A stretch of 64,000 nt of DNA, taken from contig OX337230.1 in NCBI GenBank assembly GCA_946965045.2, positions 868,001-932,000 on the forward strand. The letters are read 5' to 3'. The stretch is from Epithemia pelagica. Its lineage: Eukaryota; Protista; Bacillariophyta. The translations under genes and the position numbers were made by a program. This document shows, one piece after another, positions 56,022 to 64,000 of the stretch (within the stretch, counting starts at the first letter, position 1; the number at the start of each line of letters is the position of its first letter). Under the pieces are notes generated by a model. It ran no database searches. It was not told the DNA's origin and was given only the letters and a program-made list of their open reading frames with translations.

Positions 56022-56049
56022 TTGCCAATTGCCAATTGCCAATTGCCAA
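56022..56049. promoter_or_regulatory. (TTGCCAA)x4 tandem, containing CCAAT cores, in the EMC1/ASCC2 divergent promoter
   Basis: gTTGCCAATTGCCAATTGCCAATTGCCAAa about 100 bp upstream of ATG 56146. The regulatory role is inferred only. Confidence 0.4.
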
Positions 56050-56145
56050 ACCTATTATTGCAACACCCACAAGCCAAAGCAACCATAACTCCCTGGATAA
56101 ATCACAGTACAGTAATAGATTGCCCATTCAGCGCCCTTTGGTTCT

Positions 56146-58083
56146 ATGGCATCCGACGGCGAAGAGGATGCCTTGCAAAAGGCCGCCGCGGCCAGCGTGA
56201 CGCAACTGTTAGATTCCTGGAACAGTCCGACAAGAACAAAGGGGAACGGGACGACCAAAACGAGAGATGGTCACAACAATGGGAACCCGCCGCTGTCTTG
56301 TTCAACCTCTTTGGAATGGTATCGAATTGGATTGGTCCTGGCAGCTCTCGAACAACAACAAGTGAACGACATTGGCAAGAAGGAGGCGATTCACGCGGTG
56401 CGACAACGCTACTACAAAGTTCTTTCCTTACTTCCTATCGAGACACGATCCAGGTGCCTGTCCCAGCTGATGGAAGGTCTCCTCCAATTGTTGAAACAAC
56501 AACAGCAAGGAGGAGATGCCACATTCATGGCCAAAGATGTGCTTCCCGCCATGTCGGCACTGACGGCACTCGTGCAACTTTCACCACCACTTGCAGACTC
56601 CACGTCTGATAACAGTGAAATCACTCCTCCTTGGGTCATGCTTGAATCCACGCCAACCCTGACGCTTGTACAAGCTCTGGTAAGCATGGTAGACAACACT
56701 ACTGGCAGTACCAGTGTTTTAATTGCCACCACAATTCCCCATTTGTTGGCCAGTCTCTTGCAATGTACCATTGTACTCCTATCTGACGACAATGACGTTG
56801 TTCCGCAAACCAATGACGATACTACGGAGGGCGGTCTGTCCTTGGCCATTTCCATGATTCAACAATTGATCGATGAACCAGGTCTCTGGCAAACGGTGCA
56901 AACTCGTCTGGATCACATTTGGAATTCACAAAGTGTGCGGCCCAACAACAACTGGCAACAAGTATTAATACAGCAGGCTTCCCAACATGACGCCACGCAA
57001 CGCGATTACCTAGCCTCGCTTCTTTCGTCATCGGAATTGTTGTCTGGAGAAGAAGAATTGACCTGGCAACATCCCCAAACTCCAGGGAACCAAAAAGCCA
57101 CCAAAACTACTACGAACAAGGACAAGAATCGTCCATACGATCCCATGGAACAACTCATTCATCAAGTTTCTACCATATTGCCCGATTTGGGCCATGGTTA
57201 TATCGAATTGGCCTTGGCCTTGCATCGCAACAATGTGGAAGAAACTCTGGCAGCCTTGTTCTTGATCCAAGACGATCCCCAAACGGCACAACGACAAGTA
57301 CCGGCACAATTGTTAGTGGCCGATCCCTCCTTGCCACGAGCGACACGGCGATCTACAGACACTGTTCTCGACGACGATGACGACAAGAACAGTCAAGACA
57401 AGCAACTCATCAAGGCCTCCATTTTGGCCGCCGAACAACAAGCTGCCGACCAAGCCACCTTGGTCGATCGTGTCCTCACGACTTCCAACAACAACAACAA
57501 CACGACCCGAGATGAATACAATGACGATTACGACGATCAATGGGATGCCTCGGAAGGCACCAGTGCAGTCGTTTACAGTCAACAAGATTATGCCGCCATT
57601 CAAACCTACAATCGTGTTTATCGAGATATGGAAGCCGAAGACAACTTTTGGAAAGATATGCGCAATACCAATCATTTGGTTTCCACCCAAAACAATAACA
57701 AGGCGAAACCAAAGGAGAAGGACGACGAGCAAACGTCAGAGAACAAGAAATATCGTGGACCCGACAAGGGACGTGGAGGACGCATACCTGCATCCAACAA
57801 TCCGAGTGCAGGCCGGAGCGGTGGTCGAGGAAAAGGACGAGGAGGAGGTGGTGGCGGTGGCAGAGGAAAAGGTCGAGGAGGAGGACAACAAGGAGAACAA
57901 CAGAACAAGAAGGCAGATTCAGGAGCAACCAACAACCAGGACGCTTCTCCTGTTGCGTCGACACAAACATCGAGTGCAGATTCATCGTCTTCCAATCAGC
58001 CGCACAATGCGAGACACAAGGAACGAAAGTTGGCCAATCGACGAGACCAACAGAAAAAGGCCATGTACAATCGCAGTGGATAA
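56146..58083 (+). CDS. ASCC2: CUE-domain protein, ASCC2/Cue3-like
   Basis: CUE-like IHQVSTILPDLGHGYIELALALHRNNVEETLAAL, then EYNDDYDDQWD, an RGG/G-rich stretch and basic ARHKERKLANRR. This order matches ASCC2. Confidence 0.65.
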   Translation: MASDGEEDALQKAAAASVTQLLDSWNSPTRTKGNGTTKTRDGHNNGNPPLSCSTSLEWYRIGLVLAALEQQQVNDIGKKEAIHAVRQRYYKVLSLLPIETRSRCLSQLMEGLLQLLKQQQQGGDATFMAKDVLPAMSALTALVQLSPPLADSTSDNSEITPPWVMLESTPTLTLVQALVSMVDNTTGSTSVLIATTIPHLLASLLQCTIVLLSDDNDVVPQTNDDTTEGGLSLAISMIQQLIDEPGLWQTVQTRLDHIWNSQSVRPNNNWQQVLIQQASQHDATQRDYLASLLSSSELLSGEEELTWQHPQTPGNQKATKTTTNKDKNRPYDPMEQLIHQVSTILPDLGHGYIELALALHRNNVEETLAALFLIQDDPQTAQRQVPAQLLVADPSLPRATRRSTDTVLDDDDDKNSQDKQLIKASILAAEQQAADQATLVDRVLTTSNNNNNTTRDEYNDDYDDQWDASEGTSAVVYSQQDYAAIQTYNRVYRDMEAEDNFWKDMRNTNHLVSTQNNNKAKPKEKDDEQTSENKKYRGPDKGRGGRIPASNNPSAGRSGGRGKGRGGGGGGGRGKGRGGGQQGEQQNKKADSGATNNQDASPVASTQTSSADSSSSNQPHNARHKERKLANRRDQQKKAMYNRSG

Positions 58084-58770
58084 ACTGCAGTCATTTCGAT
58101 GCGTTGTGTGTCGTGGAAACGAGAAGATGTATCGTGGTGACGAAGCAAATTTTGCACTTCATTTTTCTACGGTGCCTGTTTGAAACCTTCCTGCAAAATG
58201 CGAACAGCCAACGCACTGCGCATAACGAATCGATTTGGAATGAGGATGTGATGTACAACACAATGATGAGTTCTTCCTCAGATATCGATCTAGCTAAAGA
58301 ACCTCTTTGCGGTTACCACTCTTTGTTCTGTGCAAGCAGACACACGGAACCGAATGCCAGTAGCGCCATCGAATAACCCTGACTGTTTACTCCACATTCT
58401 TTGTTAGGTATTTAGTGTCATGGGCGTGATAAGCAATAAGCAGATTGTCCTGATTGGGTATAGGTGCAGGATTGCAGAGATGACGAATATGTTTTCGTGA
58501 GAGATGGATAGAGTGTGAACAACAATGAAGGTGCGATATCGCTTCACATTCGTTTTATCCAATTACAGGATCGATACTGTTTCTTCTTTGAAGCGAAATA
58601 CAATCAGTATACGTCGAGAATGGTAGAGTACAATACTGATAATTAGAGGTACTACATTTACAATTTCATTGGGTGGATTTTGAATAATAGTAACATCGTT
58701 GCTTACTTTGCAAGTCGCTGGTGTGGACTGCGCGAGGAGAGCCCGATGGACTGGCATACCAGAGTTAATC

Positions 58771-61700
58771 TTAAACTGGCGATGATCCGGACATCTGTCG
58801 CAATACGGGAGCGTCTTCTGGTTCCAATGCTTCTGGCTCTAACGCTTCTGGTTCTAGCGCCAGTCGTTCTGCTTCAAACGACTCCATGGGCGATGGTGGA
58901 TCAAAAGATTCTACAGGATCAGGTGGCTGTTCGTCCACGAACACTTCTCTCGAAGGGACAGGAACAATTGCTTGTTGGTATTCTTCAAATGACGGACCAT
59001 GTTCCGTGCTTACAATGGCCATAGATTCCGCAACAGCGCCCTCTGGATCTTCACTCCTTCTTGTTTCAAGCGCATCTTCGTCGATTATTTCGTTGACAGA
59101 TTCAGCATCACTCGTAGGTGAAGAGGGGACCTCATCATCAAAGAAATGACGTTTTGTCACCCCGATCTCAACCTCAGGCACGACAGACTCTGTCTCAGCA
59201 GAGCCTGGTACGTACGGATGAGATGGGAGATCTTCATCGAATGTAGGAGTTGTTGTATGTGCACGGTCATGCTCATGTTCAGACTCCAATCGCATTGGTT
59301 CGTCGCAATGGGACATCTCTTCATCGTCATAGAAAACCGATTCTTTAGATTTTGAAGAAAGGAGCACCACGGTCTCAGGACTTCCTGGGAGTCCTGTATC
59401 ATACCGATCGTTATCATCATTTGATTCTTCTTTTTCTTCATCCACCGACGCAACCCTTGTAGCAGCAAGTGGGAATGCACGCTCACTTTCTGGTGCCGCC
59501 AGTTCCTTCATCACTCTTAGTTCGTTCGTGTTCTGGCGATCAATGTCCCGTGAAAGCTGCTGAACCACGTCAAGGTCACGGGAGTTCTGCTCCTCAAGAA
59601 CCATTGTTAGTTGGCTCACAAACTCGTCGTGGCCAAAATCGATGGGATCCCGAGAATTTGCTACTAACAGAGGAGACGAAACTGGATCTTCCCCAAGAGC
59701 AGAAGCTTGTGGTTGGTGAGTAGGGAGGGACTGGTCTCGCAAGGACATGAAAGTGATTTCTGACTCTATTGTCATCGGAGAATAAGCTTGGGTATGACCA
59801 GAATCGAAAGGACCTTCTTCTCGGTCATCTTGAGTGTCAATATGGGTTCCACGAGAACCGAAATTGAAAAAGTGTTCATCCTCAAATACATCCTCACTAT
59901 TCACACGACCCTCGCCTGAATCAGTATCAGAATGAGTTCTTGAACCTGTACCATATGTCGCACCAAACCCAGCAGGATATAGCGTATGAGGGGCCATTTG
60001 TTTCTCGTCCTCTTCCGTCCCTTCATACTCTTCCCATTCGTGCTTGAATCTGCTGATATAGGCTAGATATTCCTCATGTTCATCGACGAACATGTTTTCA
60101 ATTTCCTCGTCTTCGCTATAGATTTCGTCTTCTGCTTGTTCGAATTGCCATGAGGCTCGGAGTGTTACCAAGCACATCGTCGACAATCCCAGCAAGAGGA
60201 AGAATATCAAGGCCCATGCCAATGCTTGTGCCACATCTGTGCACATGGTGTCCTCGATAGATTCGACGTACAACGGATACACCCGATCACATGTAAGGGA
60301 TCCAGACAAGCTTTCCAAGGCCCTCCGAATGTTGGTAAGAAACATGGCCATCTTTCTCGAGTCAGAAATGAATTTTTCGATAGTAGATGTTTCTGTTTCA
60401 CAGACAGAAGCCAACAAACTTTGTTCCACTGCATCGATTTCTGCCAATTTCTCCCAAACCACATTGATTGATTCCTGGACTGCATTTTCAACGGATTGTA
60501 AACGAAGCGTTGGGTCTGGACCACCGTTTGCACATTCGCCCGTCAAAGAGGCCGTGTATGTGAAGAGTGCTTCACTAGGCTCGATCTCGAACACTTCAAG
60601 CACTGACATGATTGTATCCCGGGGTGTCCCATCTTGCGTCCCACCATTGCATGCATCGTCCGCAATTACAACTGTAACAGCTCCAGCAATAGCAATGACA
60701 CATGCCGAAGCTGTACAAAATAGAAGGATAGGAAGTACGACATACGACATTCCCTTTCGGAAGTTTTCGCTTGTTTTACGCTTCATCGCATGAATGACTC
60801 CATATATCATGACCACAGCAGCGCTGACAATGCCCAACAGAAGGAATGGCAACACCCACACATATGTTTTGATTTCGCTTTGAGTTGATTCAGCATATTT
60901 GTATAGTTTCTTGAATCTGGAGGTAAATCTCTCAGCTCCACGTGTTTCTGACGAAGCCAAATCTTGAGTCTCGTTCAACTCGTCCAAAATAAGGTTGTGC
61001 ATCTCGCGAAGACTGACTTTTGCGAATTGGAGAGCGTTTCGCTCCTCTTCTGTCAATTCCGGGGCCAGGATTGTCTCGTTGCCTGTATTCTGACAAATTT
61101 CGGTGAATTCTGTTGGTGTTTCTTCCGAGATCAACGCTGCAGCCTCCAAGGATGAAGTACTAGTTGTCAGAGCATTGTTCAGCTCACCAATGATTTCGTC
61201 GGCTGTTAGAACCAATGCATCTGAGTCGTGGGTCGTTGTCTTGAGTGGCTCAACGACAAGGATTATAGTGGGTGGCACGCAAAGAATTGTGATCACTGCG
61301 AAGAAAAGAAAGCATATCCGTGTCCTTTTCTCACGATTCGAAAGATACGATTTATCTTGGTACGAGTCTGCATAGTTTTCCATTTCGTCTGATGGTATTG
61401 GTTCATTGTCACCATTCTCAATGTCCCGTCGACTTTCGTATTCTTTGGTCACTGCCTCCTCCGACATATGGAAAGGGAATCCTGCTGCACATCCAGCCGA
61501 TTTTCCTGCGCATCGAAGAATCAACAAGATACTCGCCCAGAGAAAGAAGGCCATTCCTATACTTCCACCCACAGCTATCAGACCTTCTCTGTATTCCACA
61601 TGCTCCTCGCTCTCCACATCGACATATCTCGCGAAGTCATTTGAATATTGGAAGCGCGGTATATCGAACAATGGCCGAAGCTCATTTAAGATTGCGGGCT

Positions 61701-61833
61701 GTTAGAAAAGAGGACAAAAAAAACGAGGACAATCATGATGTCAACATGTAATGAGCTCCCATAGGATGGATCAATGAATTTGGAGTCCGCTGCTCGTCCA
61801 GGTACGTACGGAACTGTATTCTTCAGACGACAT
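58771..61833 (-). CDS. Multi-pass membrane protein with Tweety/prominin-like 5-TM topology and long acidic C-tail; 8-codon first exon (61810-61833), intron 61699-61809
   Basis: MSSEEYSS|gtacgt...ctaacag|PAILNELRPLFDIPRF joins the 966-aa ORF in phase 0. There are five hydrophobic segments with two large Cys-containing loops, and (LEPEA)x3 near the C-end. Confidence 0.65.
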
Positions 61834-62619
61834 GGCCGCATCGAAAATTATATGACCTTCAAGACCTGTGATGAAGAAGGAAAGAATGGGTGGAGATGAA
61901 GAACTCTTGGAGTCTCTTATTAATCGAGCTGACTCTTGAGATTACCTTCCTTCCTGGTTCTCTTCTAATTTGGCGATTCTCGAATCGTTGGAAAAAATGT
62001 GAGTTACCAAGGCCGTGAATTGTGCGCGCGTGGGGAGTGGCAGAAGTTTGGGCACGGGATCGCAGATGACATCACTTCCCATCACGACTCTCCATAAACC
62101 TGATTTATTATAGGAATTTATGTAGGTACTGCCTCTGAGAACGCTGGGAAAGTAAATTCTCCCCCATCACGCGGAACTACTCGTGGCTTGACTCGGAAAC
62201 GATATAAACAGCTACTCCTGCCTACTCCAAATTATCCATTCAATCTAACCAGCCCCAAACAAGCAACGAAGAGCAGCGAGACGTCAACCAAACCTTAGTA
62301 GCCTTGGAGGCTCCGAGGCATTGTATCTTATTCAGTGTGAGAGGTGAGAGATTCCACTCAATATCGGAGTCATTTTCATCTATTCGAAATACACCTAGTT
62401 GCGTACAAGTCGGTATATTGAGCGCCGCGAACTTCCTAGGTAGTCCAATTCCAAAACTTAAGTCTTTTTCGGATCGCATGGGTCGAGCTACATCAGAGAA
62501 GGTGCGCTTTCTTGACGTGAACTGGCGTCTACGAAGATCAGATGTCCTGTGGCCAGTTCCATGCGATCCTAGCACTCCTGTTATGCTACAGATGTGCGTG
62601 AACAAAAGTTAAGACTCGC

Positions 62620-64000
62620 TTACATGTCATTTTCTTGATTGTTCTGCTGATTCTGTGAAGGGTCAGAACGCATGGGCGAAAGTTGATTCATACCATTACC
62701 CATAAAGGCGGCATTGAACATTTGTTGAAACGCTTGTGGGGTTGGTGCCATGTTCGGCATGACCATTCCGCCCGTATTTGCAGCGGCCATGCTTGCCAGA
62801 AATGCCGGGTTTGGCGCAAACATTGCCGGATTCATAAAAGCCGTCGGCATTGGAACCCCCATCCCCATAACATTAGGATTCGCCATGCCCATCCCCATGA
62901 ACATTTGCTGCTGTTGTCGAAATTGTTCTTCAGCAGGGTTTGCTACCGTTTCCGGTTTTGGTTTCTGATCAGCATCAAACAACAATTTTCGCATCTCTGG
63001 CGCCCGTTGTCGAAGTGCTTGGCTTGTCTTTTCACGAGCTGCATCATCCCCAATTTCCAACCACATGCCTGACTTTTCATCTTTCTTCAAGAACCTTCCA
63101 TTTGCTTCTCGAATCGACCGGACGATGGCACGAGAAATGGCGGGTTTGTCATTTTTTCGTGCCTTCAAGTAGGCACGACGATTCTTGTTTATTAGCTCAC
63201 GAAAGTTTCGGTTCCCTGGGTGTACATTTGTCCCTCCACCGCGGCCACTCAAGACATCATTTTCCCCAAACGTTGTGATTCCTTCGTCTCCCGGCGGAAT
63301 GGTGGGCAAATCTTTGTTTTCAGAGTTGCTGGATCCATACATTGCAGTGCCCTGTTGCGGCGCCAGTTGAGGCGATCCTGCTTGAGCAAACGCTTCAGTC
63401 GAGGTTTGGTCCACGGCAGGAACTTCCGTCGTATTCATACCATCAGCCATTGGGTTTAGTGCAACATCGGAAACTGCGGTTGTCGTGCCAGCACCCGTGA
63501 AGGCAGGTGGTGTCATTTCTTCCGACCCATTTGGAGCAGCTGCTTCGTTATTCTCAATCGAAGGAAGCCTGGCGAAAGTGCTTTCCTCTTTCGGCAAAAA
63601 TGTAGCTGGACTTTGCTCGCTGCCCTGCTGGTTCATACCATCAAATGCATCCACGTTATCGGTGGAAACAGCGTTTACCGCATTCGTCAGTGGTCGTGTT
63701 GTGTGGTCGGTAACTTGGTTCTCTGTAGCCGAATGCAGAAGTTCTTGATCATTCCCCTTTCCTTGAACATATTCGGTGGGACACTCTGCGAGTTCATGCT
63801 TGACGACAGGTTCTTGCTGATCCGTGCCTACTAGAGGCACGGGGATTGCGGTGTTAGGAACTGGAGGAATTTCTGGATTGGCTGTTGTTGTCACCGGAGC
63901 AGAGGCGTCAATCTTGACAGTATCTTGAGTGGGGGAAAGAATGGGTGTTTCATCCGGTATGCCATGTGGTACAGGAACAACCAGTTCCGTGTCAATTTTG
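62620..64000 (-). CDS. DUF6824-domain protein (diatom-expanded putative transcription regulator), 5'-truncated by the window edge
   Basis: NDVLSGRGGGTNVHPGNRNFRELI..AIVRSIREANGRFLKK..WLEIGDDAAREKTSQALRQ; Met/Gln/Asn-rich C-terminus. The frame stays open from 63894 to 64000. Confidence 0.85.
   Translation of the reverse strand, partial: KIDTELVVPVPHGIPDETPILSPTQDTVKIDASAPVTTTANPEIPPVPNTAIPVPLVGTDQQEPVVKHELAECPTEYVQGKGNDQELLHSATENQVTDHTTRPLTNAVNAVSTDNVDAFDGMNQQGSEQSPATFLPKEESTFARLPSIENNEAAAPNGSEEMTPPAFTGAGTTTAVSDVALNPMADGMNTTEVPAVDQTSTEAFAQAGSPQLAPQQGTAMYGSSNSENKDLPTIPPGDEGITTFGENDVLSGRGGGTNVHPGNRNFRELINKNRRAYLKARKNDKPAISRAIVRSIREANGRFLKKDEKSGMWLEIGDDAAREKTSQALRQRAPEMRKLLFDADQKPKPETVANPAEEQFRQQQQMFMGMGMANPNVMGMGVPMPTAFMNPAMFAPNPAFLASMAAANTGGMVMPNMAPTPQAFQQMFNAAFMGNGMNQLSPMRSDPSQNQQNNQENDM

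Noticed and set aside
1-64000. tRNA, rRNA and the many 60-290-aa antisense or alternate-frame ORFs in the track
   Set aside because: No T-loop/anticodon cloverleaf or rRNA signature was noticed by eye (tRNAscan-SE or Infernal would be decisive). The shadow ORFs lie over well-supported genes and lack motifs.

Overview
Gene-dense eukaryotic nuclear DNA, most likely a pennate diatom. The basis is short GT-AG introns, a bipartite ASAFAP-like plastid presequence on ClpS, a DUF6824 protein and an Lsi2-like transporter; the species cannot be called. I find about 24 protein-coding loci, including one frameshifted gene and a three-copy tandem array, plus one intact Tc1/mariner element with TIRs and a TA target duplication, and several small repeats. 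No rRNA, tRNA or CRISPR array was seen. The strongest candidate for something new is a 6-exon, ~1960-aa gene (7514-13770) that fuses a FEN1/XPG/Asteroid-type 5' nuclease, with its acidic catalytic residues intact, in one frame to a DEAH helicase with a Spindle-E/TDRD9-like motif V. It lies directly downstream of a ~2075-aa JmjC/Zn-finger gene and ~2.6 kb from the mariner. Other highlights: an Lsi2-like transporter with an N-terminal extension carrying three RXL motifs; a 3 x 1495-bp array of a two-domain orphan protein whose spacers hold decayed copies of the EMC1 3' end; a methyltransferase bracketed by a duplicated promoter; and an 8-mer (TAGGAGTA/TACTCCTA) seen 11 times and only in intergenic DNA. 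Splice models, alignments and counts were done by eye, and family assignments come from recalled motifs, not database searches.
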